Of a stretch of 64,000 bases of DNA, positions 39,439 to 51,330 are shown one piece after another; position 1 is the stretch's first letter; every line of letters starts with the position of its first letter. A program made the translations under genes and the position numbers. This DNA is from the human T2T-CHM13v2.0 reference genome, Homo sapiens. Under the pieces are notes generated by a model. That model made no database searches, was not told the origin of the DNA, and saw only the letters and a program-made list of their open reading frames with translations. The DNA is taken from assembly GCF_009914755.1 (NCBI RefSeq), contig NC_060933.1; one strand, given 5' to 3'.

Positions 39439-42400
39439 AGTTCTACGTATTTGAGAGTTGAATCAACAATACAGTATTTTAAAAGTATAATTAACCATTC
39501 ATGTGTCACACACAAAACACACACTGTGCTACATATTTTGCCTTTATTTTCATACCTCCTGGATGGTATATTTTATAGGCATATTTTATAAATGATAAAT
39601 AATGTAGGTGTATTTTATAAATGATAAAACAGGGTCAGAACAGTAAGTTGCAGAGTCAAAATACAAACCAAATCCTCTCATTAGAAAATTGGCCTCCTTT
39701 TCACTATACCCCATGACCTCTCCTACTATTTCTAGGGCATAATGTGGTCTCATCAAATGTAACCTAGCTATCACTTGAATCTCAATCTCCAAGACCTAGA
39801 CATATGATTTGAATCCCATATTGACATTTTACAGAACATCAAATCTTTTCCCAAGAATTTTGCAAATGCCCAGAGGGTTTATGAGCCCAAGCTCTTCCCT
39901 GCCTCCTGGAATCCTGATTCTTCATTTGAATCTGTCCTGCAAAATGTGAAACCAGAGATGACACTGAGCCCCTTCGCCATTTCCACCAAAACAAAACAAA
40001 CCGAGAGTCAAAAAATGCATGTACACACATACATATACACAAAAAAAATCAGGTAATGGAGTCTGAGAGCACACTGCAGATCAAACAACTGAAAATCTCA
40101 TGTTAGACATTTCTAGTCTTCAAAGGTTCTTTCAGACCACCTACCTCTAGAGAGGTTTGTTTTGTGATCCATGCCCCACAGAACACCTAAATTCCTGCCT
40201 GGCCCCTGGTTCCTTTTTCCCCTTGCTCCTCCCACCAACCTCCTAGATTTTCTCTGCAACTCTGAATTCCTCTTCCTCAACCATTCAGAATGAGTCAGCT
40301 CTCTCTAGTTCCTACTTTCTGATTTGAGGAGTCAAACTTGCCAAACCTATCAACCTTCCATTTAATAAAAACTACCCTCTTTAACAGTTGATTGTGGTTT
40401 TTAAAGTACTTTTTTCTGTTATATAAACCATAAAATAGCCCTTTCAGATATGAATGTGGAACAAGCATTAAGGCAATGCCTATTCAATTCTCTTACTCAA
40501 TGCCATCAAACATATCCTGAGACTTCTGCCAGGCAACGTAAGAGATGCAAAAGACTTGGTTCCAGACCTCAAGATCTTTACCTTCAAACTGAAGACCCAT
40601 GACTATTATACATGAAATGTCTTGAAAACCTCCCAAGTCCTTGCCTACAAAATAGGATTTATCAAAGCAACAAGAGTTTAGTAAAGACTGATGTGTTCGA
40701 GTGAGGCCTCATGAAGAGACTGGGACTTCAGATAGGAAGTTTATGTGCAGGGATTGGTAGCTATATAAGATAAGGTGGATAGGATATACGTGATAGAGTA
40801 TAAGGAGAGTGGATAAGGTATAAGTGATAGAGTATAAGCCAAAACCAGCTGGGAGGAGTGTGTGTGTTCTTAAGAAGAGCATTTCTACTGCCAAATGGTG
40901 TGTGCTGGTGACACTTCATCCCGTCGTCCCGTCTCTTCCTAGTCTACTGTGCCTAGAGTCATGTAACAATTAAAAAAAGCAAAATATGTATTAAACCCAG
41001 ATGTTTTTATCTCAACCCCAAGACTCTTTCATCTCCCAGTAGCTCTCCAATGGTGATACCACAAGCCAACAGTTTGTCCTGAGTTGGACTGATGGGTTCT
41101 GCCTCTACAATCTGGTCTTTTTCTAATTGTTGAGAAAAGATATTCACGAATAGTATTTGCTCAATTTTGAGTTTTTCTTCTCTAAATTTTTCAGTCCTCT
41201 CACACAAGTTTTCTTTGTTGATAACAAAACAAATTGCAAATAAACACTATGGGGAAAATGAGAAACAGTATGTACTCTTAGTTTTCCTTGGTTTATTTGT
41301 TTGTTTTTCATGAACTAGTAGTATTCATGGAGGGGAAAGCCCAGGATTGGGAGCTATTCTCCCTGAATTCACACCTCTACCTTGCCCCTCATAAGCTGTG
41401 TGTCCTTCCTTAGGCAAATCATCTAATCCTTCAGAGCCTTGGTGTCCTACTTGTAAATTGAGGATATTTATAACACCATATCGCAGGGTCAAAGTGAGAA
41501 TTAAGTGCATACATACATTAGAAACAACTCCACCATTAGGAACAATGACAAAAAATGTAATAATAAAAACAATAATAATAGCTAACACTTTGAGAACGTA
41601 GTATGTGTCAGGCACTGATTTATTTATCAATAAATATTACTTATTATTATTATTTTTCATCAGTATTCCTTATTGTGAAGTTCTCCCCAATGCATATAAC
41701 AGAAAGAAATACATCATTATTTCGTAGTGTTCTGAAATGAGCTGTATGACTCTCCTCATATTCTCTGCTACCTGGAAAGCATTTGAGAAGCCCCGGAATG
41801 CTCGTCAAAAAGGTTGATGTCATTCTTCCCTCACTTACACTTTCACACCACTAACTTTCTGTCCAAATTTCAAAATAGAACATTTGCTTCTGGTTGGATG
41901 AAAATCTTTGTTCTGAAGCCAACAGGCCATCTAGGATTCACCGACTGGTCTGGTGGATGCTAGATAAAGAGAAGCCCCAGAGGAAAATGCTTAAGATTTC
42001 CTACTGTTATTGCTGCTATGGGATTTCATTATGCATGTACTACAGACAAGGATGCAATTATGTAGTTACATGGTTCTCAAATGTAATATATTTCAGTGTT
42101 GGAATCATGATCAGAGCTTCTTACTATGGCTTCAAATCCTGCCTACATTTGAATGATAGGATGAGTTATTAAAATGGAGAAAACTGAACAAGATGCATTG
42201 CAAATCCATTTTCCTATTCTCTGGGTAAGCAAATTAATCCCAACATCCCCTTCAAACTGAGTATATCCTGTGCTCAAATGGTTACTCGGAACCATAGTGA
42301 AGAGTCCTTATCAAGCATCCTTCTTCACAGAACTCATGTGCTAGGATGCTTTCATTCAAGCTTCAACCAACCAGAGAACTTCCAGTTAGAGAGTAGTAAC

Positions 42401-43073
42401 TAATCACCATAGGCTGTGGTAAGAATTCTCAGAGATTCTGCTTCACCCAAGGTGAAGGTATGAAATTAAATAAACAAATTATTAGTGCAGCACTTATTTT
42501 CAAACCATTAAGTATTGTTTAGAAACTGACATTTTACAAATAAAATCACTGTCCTGGAAAAAGCAAATCTGTTGGCTTCACAGAGGTATCCTTTTTTCTC
42601 CAAAACTACAAATTTTGGAATTTATTAATATGCATATTTTAGGATGATCCTGTTTGAAAAGACCATGATGAACCAATGCACTTAAGTGAAGTTATAGTCA
42701 TTTTTAATGACTCAGGAAAAATCTCTACATCATCAATAGGCTGCATAACTCTCTTAGAAATCAAGGATGTAGCTTCCATGAGAAGCACTTTCCACAAAGC
42801 ATAAACAAAAATCCTTAAACAACCAACTTATTAAATCTAGAAAAGCTCTCATTCCAGAATTTCTATAGTTAACTTCAAATATAACAAAATAACCAAGCTG
42901 CAGAAATTAACATTAAAACTCTACTCACAAATTTATCAATTTGAAATGCAAGTTCTCCAAAAGGAAGGATAATGTTGACAGAGCCTGCTTACCAGAATCC
43001 ATTAAACTGGAATCCAGCAACATTATTATCAGCACCCTTAATCTGTCATGAAGATTTCTTGATTATTCAAATA

Positions 43074-43922
43074 CAATCATGGGCCACATAATGACACTTC
43101 AATGATAGACTGCATACACAATGGTGGTCCCATAAGATCATAATAAAGCTGAAAAATTCCTATCACCTAGTGACGTTTTGATGATCCTGACCCTGTGTAG
43201 GCATAGGCTAATGTGTGTTTGTTTCTTCATTTTTAACAAAAATGTCTAAAAAGTAAAAATAACTAGAAATTTTAAAAATAAAAGAATGCTTATAGAATAA
43301 GGATATAAAGAAAGAAAATATTTTTGACAGCTCTACAATGTGTTTGTGGTTTAATCTAAATGTTATTATGAAAGAGTCAAAAGGATTGAAAAAAATTAAG
43401 CTTATAAGGTAAAAAAAGCTACAATAGACTAAGGTTAATTTATTTTTGAAGGAAGATAATTTTAAAAAATAAATTTAGTGTAGCCCAAGTGTCCAGTGTT
43501 AATAAAGTCTACAGTAGTGTACAGTGACATCCTAGGCCTTCACATTCAGTTACCACTCACTCACTGACTCACCCAGAGGAACTTCCAGTCCCACAACCTC
43601 CATTTATGGTAAGTGCCCTATACAGGTATACCATTTTTTATCTTTTATGTCTTATTTTTACTGTACCTTTTCTATGTTTAGATCTGTTTAGCTATACAAA
43701 CACTTACCTTTAGGTTACAACTGCCTGTAGTATTTAGTGCAGTAACATGCTTTACAGGTTCGTAGCCTAGGATCAATAGATTATACCATATAGCTTAGGT
43801 ATATACTAGGCTATACCATCTAGGTTCATTAAGTACACTCTTACCATGTGCAAACAATGATGGAATCATCTAATGATGCATTTCTCAGAATGTATTCTTG
43901 TCTGTATAATGATGCATGACTG
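43074..43922. mobile_element. Tigger3-family (TcMar) non-autonomous DNA transposon
   Basis: Terminal inverted repeats caatcatg... / ...catgactg, TA target duplication on both sides, internal ggtggtcccataagat..gctgaaaaattcctatcacctagtgacg. Confidence 0.85.
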
Positions 43923-44746
43923 TATAGTAAATGAAAAGGGTTGAAGCATATTCAGAGAAGATAGGTTATGCAGCTTTTGATAAATACTTAACAGTGGCTA
44001 CTAATTCTACAGGCTTCATATGAAACATTTTTACATAAATATCATTTTCAAGCCTCATAATAATTTTGCAAGTTGAGTATCATTATCTCCATTTTACAAA
44101 TGAAACAACTAAGGATGAGGAGTGTTGGGTTATCTTCTGAAAACCTAAGAGATAGTAACTTGTTGAACCAGGAATCAAAGAGAGGTTTGCCTAACATCAA
44201 ACCTGGTGCATTTCCCCACATATTGAACTACTTCACTAAGGTATGTGTGGTGCTTTTCTGTATATTAATTGCCTCATTCACTCTAGTCAACAGCCCTCTG
44301 ATATAGGTATTACTATTCTTGTTTTAAAGACAGGAAAATTGAGGTTCAAGAAAATAAATGGCACCAAAAGCCAGACAGGGAGTAAGTGGTAATTCTCTTC
44401 CAATAACACCACAATGCATCTCCCCAAGAATTAGCAACAGAACTCCATCATCAACCAGGAGAGTAAGATTCAAATTGAACCGAGTTGTGGTAGATCCTTA
44501 ATCAGACACATTCCATTTAACTTTTTTCAAAGTCTGTTGCCATGGTTGTTAAGACCAGCATGCATTCCTTGAGATTACAACAATCTCACAGCTGACGATG
44601 CTGGAAATTGCATTTTGAGGTGTCATTACAAGAGTAAAACCAAAACGAAACAAACAAAAAAATTAGTCTATGGCAATGAGATTCAGTAGTCAAGACAATC
44701 ATTCCACTTAGGATTGTATTTAAATATTTTTACTGATCTTTACTAG

Positions 44747-44780
<34 letters not shown>

Positions 44781-46224
44781 TTAAAATACATGGTCTTTAT
44801 GGAAAAAATTGTTGAGTTAAAAAGTAGAAAGAATATGGGGAGAAATGTATAGTTTTTAGCATCCCAAGTCCACCACAACTGACAGCTTGGATTTTTTTTT
44901 TCTTTTGCTCTTTTTAATATTTATAGTTTTATATACCTTTGTGTATTTTTTATAAAGTCATCATCATATTATACATATAACTTGGTCTTACTTTTTTCAT
45001 TGAACATTGTAACATGGGAATAACAAGCACCAGGTTACTAACTGCTAATATTCTATGGACCATGATTGTCATGATTTGTATATATTTTTTTCTCAGTACA
45101 ATAGTTAGTCCTTTTGAGTTTTTCCAATTAATCTCTGTTATAAAAAACTTTGCAATGGGTCTTGATCCATAAATGTTTCGTCCAATATTTAGGCTTATTG
45201 CATTGGATAAATGCTCAGAAATAAAATTAATGATCATTTTTAAGACTGAGTAGATATTGTCAAATTATTTTTCTAAATGCATGTATTTCCCACTTGAAAT
45301 GTCATTAATATCATTTGAATATCCCAATTTCAGCAAAGTGACAGAATATTTCCCAGAGTATTCTCTGAAAACCTATATGAATCTGTGTCATTTATTCTGA
45401 ATTTAACCACTTAATTAGTTCATTCTCATGTTAAAAATAATCTTTGGCTCCAAAGAAGAAATTGAAGACGCTTCCATAGATAATAAAAGTGTCCTGGAAC
45501 CATCACCACTGCCTTTTAGCCATACTTTAGACACTTCATTATTGTCTTATAACTGGGCACTGGGCAGAATGTAACTGCAACCACAAACGCTTAAGCAGCA
45601 CCTATACGCATTATCTTTGGACAATCTGACTCTGGATGACTTCACTGGTGTTGGGGACTTTGCAAAGCCTAGCCTTGTCCAAGTTGGTCAACAGCTGATC
45701 TTTGATGAAGCAACCATCACTTGTGAAAGGTTATTTCAGGTTACAAGGCTTCCCTTTGGAAATTCTTTCCTTCATACAATTTTTCAGTGTCTGGGTAACT
45801 TTGAAGAAATACACTTTAAAAGAGATGCAATTAGGACTTCACTGAGTCTTAAAAAAAAAAAAAAAGAGAGACAGAGAGTGTGCTAATGCAGGTATCTGCC
45901 AGGAGAGAGATAACACTATTCCACCAGAATCCTTGTCTGGGTTATGAAGTAGAAGTAATGTTCCCAGAATAGGAAAATAGGAGCATTGTCTTGACTGAGG
46001 AAAGGAAGATGGGGGAGGGAGGAACACAGGGAGAGGGTCAGAGATTGAGGGAGAATCAGAAAGTGAACTAGAAACAGAAAGAAGAGACCTTTTTTCATGT
46101 CTTTGGATAGTTGTAAGATTGAAGAAAAATTTTAACATATTTTGCTCAATGATACACTACTGTGTAAACTCCTGGACTAGCTCTTTAAGAAAAGATTGTA
46201 AAGATTCACATCGTTTTCTGGTCT

Positions 46225-46261
46225 TCTGCAGTCAAATGCTCCACCACTGAGCCATATCCCC
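46225..46261 (-). pseudogene. Retroposed 5' half of tRNA-Cys(GCA), tailless, with TSD
   Basis: Minus strand reads GGGGATATGGCTCAGTGGTGGAGCATTTGACTGCAGA (34/37 to the tRNA-Cys 5' end); direct repeats ttttctggtcttctg at 46214-46228 and 46263-46277. Confidence 0.9.
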
Positions 46262-47988
46262 ATTTTCTGGTCTTCTGGAGTTAAACTTGTAGTGGTTTGA
46301 GGTGGAGAGTGAGATGACAGAGAGCTGTTCTTACTGGGCTCTTTTATGTCTTATCTACTGGGGACAGGTCTAAAGGTGAGACATCTATATTTAATTTATA
46401 TAAATATTTTCCGAGGAAACCATTCTGAATTGACTGGGTCTTCACCAAAGCTCATATGGTTTATACACTGACATGCTGCTATCAACTTTGACCCTGGGTC
46501 CTCTCCTATCCCACCCCAACCCCACCCCAGATTCTGACTTTTACTTATGGAATCTAGAATCTGGATGACTTTGAAGATTTTGCTATCCTGGTATTGACTT
46601 AAGCCCTGATCACTATCCCCAGTCATCACCCCTTATTTTTGCTTTTCCTTATAGTGTGAGCTTTGCTATCTTATCCATCTTATACACACTCCCATAGCAT
46701 TGCCAGCCCTGCCTGATTTGTCTCAGTAATATTAGCTTGGCCTAGGCAGCTAGCACTAGTCTATACAGCAGAGAGAACATACCAATCACACAACCAAGGG
46801 AAGATACATTCATGAAAATCTTTTGATTGCCTGATATTTTCACAAATTATAAAACAAGAAAAAATGTGGAAGTCAAGTTGGAATTTCAACTCCCCCTTAA
46901 GTAATGACATGAATACTTTGCCCACCCCCACTCCCACCACTTAATAGGAGTAGAGTCATATTTTATTTGAAATTTAGTTTCCAGTGTTTGCTTTTTGGTT
47001 AGAACTGTGTATCATAAAAAAATACTTTTAAAAATCCCTTAAATAGCCCAAAAAGTTTTATGTAATTCTTCAATAATTCTAAAAGCCCAGCAAACCCAGG
47101 TTTTTCTCTAGTGTTAGAATACATCACTAGTGGCTTCAGTTGAGCCCTGGAGAAAGTCATTATGTGCTTAGAGGCTGTGTTGTATAAAAAATGTAAACTA
47201 TGACTTGAACTCTAGATCAACATGTCAATATGTTCCCAGTAGGAGAGTCGCATGGTAACTTGGAGACGTAGGAGCACCAGAATCACAGCTTTCAACCCAC
47301 ATTCACTCTGGGGTACAAGCTCACTGAGTGGAAATATGAGCAGAAATATCTATGCATCATAGTAGCCATAATGTATCTACTCCTAAACTAAATCGGGGTG
47401 TTAAGTCTTCTTAGAGCTATTTACTAATTCATCTATTTCAGAAACAAACACCATAGGCTTATTCTATATCAAACATCAGGTTGGATACTGCAGCAGCGAC
47501 ATAGAGCAATGAAACATATTTTTTATCCTCCAGGAGCTCATTGTTGGGTGAGGGAAAGACAGAAGTTTGGACCAATATTGATCATTCAATTCAGCAACAT
47601 TATATGCACACCAACAGAGGTGTAGGCATGAATTGATGAGAACATAGTGGGAGACCTTATTAATCCCAGCTGGGTAAGTTATGGTAGAAGTTACAGAAGC
47701 CTCTGAGAAGAGGTTCACTGATGATAAATTTATAATTCTTAGTGCAAAAATGGGCCTAGTAGCTCCTACTGTAAAGGTAAGCAACATGCATTTCATGCTA
47801 TGTTTTTCAATCTCCGTAGTACTACTTGCTCATTCATTCACTCATTCACTCAATTTTTCAAGCACTAAGCTATAGAGATTAAAGTATGGGGTCTGAAATT
47901 ACTTGGCCTGGATACCCTTTGTAAATCTGACAATTACCCAAGCCCTCTAAATCTTAATTACCTTCTCTCTAAAACATGAATAGAACCC

Positions 47989-48440
47989 TGTATTAGTCAG
48001 GGTTCTCTAGAGGGACAGAACTAATAGGATAGATGCATATATGAAGGGAAGTTTATTAAGGAGTATTGACTCACATGATTACAAGGTGAGGTCCCACAAC
48101 AGGCTATCTGCAAGCTGAGGAGCAAGGAAGCCAGTCTGAGTCCCAAAGCTAAAGAACTTCAGCTTTCTGCCATGTTCGATGGCGGAAAGCATCCGGTACA
48201 GGAGAAAGATGTAGACCTGAAGACTAAACCAATCTAATGTTTCCACGTTCTTCCACCTGCTCTTATTCTGGTCATGGTGGTAGCTGATAAGATGGTGCCC
48301 AGCCAGATTAAGGGTGGGTCTGCCTTTCCCAGTCCACTGATTCAAATGTTAATCTCCTTTGGCAACACCCTCACAGACACATCCAGGAAGAATACTTTGC
48401 ATCCTTCAATCCAATCAAGTTGACAACAGTAACCATCACA
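47989..48440 (-). mobile_element. ERVL solo LTR MLT2A-like
   Basis: tgtattagtcagggttctctagagggacagaactaatagga...caatccaatcaagttgaca..aaccatcaca; perfect TSD aaccc (47984-47988 / 48441-48445). Confidence 0.92.
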
Positions 48441-48471
48441 AACCCACATCTTGTGATTTTAAAAAACTGAT

Positions 48472-48544
48472 GCCAGGCACGATGGCTCACGCCTGGAATC
48501 TCAGCTCTTTGGGAGGCCACAGCAGGTGGATCACTTGAGGTCAG
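48472..48544 (+). mobile_element. 5' part of an Alu split by HERV-H
   Basis: Alu head up to ggatcacttgaggtcag; continues at 54131 gagttcgagacc. Confidence 0.95.
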
Positions 48545-48958
48545 TGTTAGGCCTCTGAGCCCAAGCTAATCCATCATATCCCCTGTGACCTGCACGTACA
48601 CATCCAGATGGCCAGTTCCTGCCTTAACTGATGACATTCCACCACAAAAGAAGTGAAAATGGCCTGTTCCTGCCTTAACTGATGACATTATCTTGTGAAA
48701 TTCCTTCTCCTGGCTCATCCTGGCTCAAAAGCTCCCCTACTAAGCACCTTGTGACCCCCACTCCTGCCCACCAGAGAACAACCCCCCTTTGACTGTAATT
48801 TCCCTTTACCTACCCAAATCTTATAAAACGGCCCCACCCCTATCTCCCTTCGCTGACTCTCTTTTTGGACTCAGCCCGCCTGCACCCAGGTGAAATTAAC
48901 ATCTTTATTGCTCACACAAAGCCTGTTTGGTGGTCTCTTCACACAGACGCGAGTGAAA
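48545..48958 (+). promoter_or_regulatory. LTR7 (HERV-H 5' LTR), 414 bp
   Basis: tgttaggcctctgagcccaagc start, duplicated cctgccttaactgatgacatt block, TATAAAA at 48822, end gagtgaaa. Confidence 0.93.
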
Positions 48959-48960
48959 TT

Positions 48961-48978
48961 TGGTGCCATGACTCAGAT
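48961..48978 (+). other. Primer-binding site complementary to tRNA-His
   Basis: tggtgccatgactcagat versus TGGTGCCGTGACTCGGAT (two CpG-type changes). Confidence 0.9.
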
Positions 48979-49829
48979 CAGGAGACCTCCCTTGGGAGAT
49001 CAATCCCCTGTCCTCCTGCTCTTTGCTCCATAAGAAAGATCCACCTACAACCTCAGGTCCTCAGACCGACCAGCCCAAGAAACATCTCACCAATTTCAAA
49101 TCCTGTAAGCGACCTCTTTTTACTCTCTTCTCCAACCTCCCTCATTATCCCTCAACCTCTTTCTCCTTTCAATCTTGGCACCACACTTCAATCTCTCCCT
49201 TCTCTTAATTTCAATTCCTTTCATTTTCTGGTAGAGACAAAGGAGACACGTTTTATCCATGGACCCAAAACTCCGGCGCTAGTCACAGACTAGGGAAGGC
49301 AGCCTTCCCTTGGTGTTTAATCATCGCAGGGACACCTCTCTTATTATTCACCGAGGTTTGAGAGGTATCAGACCACGCAAGGACGCCTGCCTTGGTCCTT
49401 CACCCTTAGCGGCAAGTCCCACTTTTCTGGGGTAGAGGCAAGAACCCCAATCCCTTCTCTCCGTGTCTCTACCCCTTCTCCGCTCTTCTGGAGGAGGGGC
49501 AAGAACCTCTCAACCCCTTCTCCATCACCCTTAGCAGCAAGTCCTGCTTTTCTAGAGGAGGGGCGGGAACCCTTATTTTCATGCCCCAACCTCTTATCTC
49601 TGTGCCCCAACCCCTTATTTCCACACCCTGACCCCTTCTCTGCTTTTCTGGAGGGCAAGAACCCCCAACCCCTTCTCCGTGTCTCTACTCTTTTCTCTGG
49701 GCTTGCCTCCTTCACTATGGGCAAGCTTCCACCTTCCATTCCTCCGTCTTCTCCCTTAGCCTGTGTTCTTAAGAACTTAAAACCTCTTCAACTCTCACCT
49801 GACGTAAAATCTAAGCATCTTATTTTCTT

Positions 49830-50950
49830 CTGCAATGCCGCTTAACCCCAATACAAACTCGACAGTAGTTCCAAATAGCGGGAAACCGGCACTTTCAATT
49901 TTTCCATCCTACACGATCTAAATAATTCTTGTAAAATAGGCAAACGGTCTGAGGTGCCTGACGTCCAGGCATTCTTTTACACATCAGTCCCTCCCTAGTC
50001 TGCTCCCAATGCAACTCGTCCCAAATCTTCCTTCTTTCCCTCCCACCTGTCCCCTCAGTCCCAACCCCAAGCGTCCCTGAGTCTTTCTAATCTTCCTTTT
50101 CTACAGACCCATCTGACCTCTCCCCTCCTTGCTAGGCTGAGCTAGGTCCCAATTCTTCCTTGGCCTCCGCTCCTCCACCCTATAATCCTTTTATCACCTC
50201 CCCTTCTCACACCAGGTCCAGCTTACAGTTTCGTTCTGTGACTAGCCCTCCCCAACCTGCCCAGCAATTTACTCTTAAAAAGGTGGCTGGAGCTAAAGGC
50301 ATAGTCAAAGTTAATACTCCTTTTTCTTTATCCCAAATCAGATAGCGTTTAGGCTCTTTTTCATCAAGTATAAAAATCCAGCCCAGTTCATGGCTCATTT
50401 GGCAGCAACCCTAAAACGCTTTACAGTCCTAGACCCTAAAAGGTCAAAAGGCCGTCTTACTCTCAGTATATATTTTGTTACCCAATCTGCTCCCAACATT
50501 AAATAAAACTCCAAAAATTAAATTCCGGCCCTCAGACCCCACAACAGGACTTAATTAACCTCGCCTTCAAGGTGTACAATAATAAAGTAGAGGCAGCCAA
50601 ATAGCAACATATTTCTGAGTTGCAATTCCTTGCCTCCACTGTGAGACAAACCCCAGCCACATTTCCAGCACACAAAAACTTCCAAACGCCTAAACCGCAG
50701 TGGCCAGGCGTTCCTCCAGAACCACCTCCCCCAGGAGCTTGCTACAAGTGCCAGAAATCTAGCCACTAGGCCAAGGAATGCCGGCAGCCCAGGATTCCTC
50801 CTAAGCCGTGTCCCATCTGTGCAGGACCCCACTAGAAATCGGACTGTTCAACTCACCTGGTAGCCACTCCTGGAGCTCCTAGAACTCTGGCCCAAGGCTC
50901 TCTGACTGACTCCTTCTCAGATCTTCTCAGCTTAGCGGCTGAAGACTGAC
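49830..50950 (+). pseudogene. gag: HERV-H gag remnant (5' boundary approximate)
   Basis: PPPY motif (SAPPPYNP); two CCHC zinc knuckles CYKCQKSSH*AKEC (50740-50781) and CPICAGPH*KSDC, both with stops. Confidence 0.8.
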
Positions 50951-50979
50951 GCTGCCCGATCGCCTCAGAAGCCCCGTAG

Positions 50980-51330
50980 ACCATCACGGACGCCGAGCTT
51001 TAAGCAACTCTCACAGTGGAAGGTAAGTCCGTCCCCTTCTTAATCAATACGGAGGCTACCCACTCCACATTACCTTCTTTTCAAAGGCCTGATTCCCTGC
51101 CTCCATAACTGTTGTGAGTATTGACAGCCAGGCTTCTAAACCTCTTAAAACTCCCCAACTCTGTTGCCAACTTAGGCAATACTTTTTTAAGCACTCCTTT
51201 TTAGTTGTCCCCACCTGCCCAGTTCCCTTATTAGGCCGAGACACTTTAACTAAATTATCTGCTTCCCTGACTATTCCTGAACTACAGCCGCATCTCATTG
51301 CCGCCCTTCTCCCCAACCCAAAGCCTCCTT
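50980..51330 (+). pseudogene. pro: HERV-H protease remnant
   Basis: LINTEAT at the active-site position (catalytic Asp lost); HSFLVVPTCPVPLLGRD motif. Confidence 0.8.

Noticed and set aside
45617-45886. 89-aa ORF running into an A15 tract, a possible processed pseudogene
   Set aside because: Non-ATG start, no poly(A) signal or TSD seen, no recognisable parent protein
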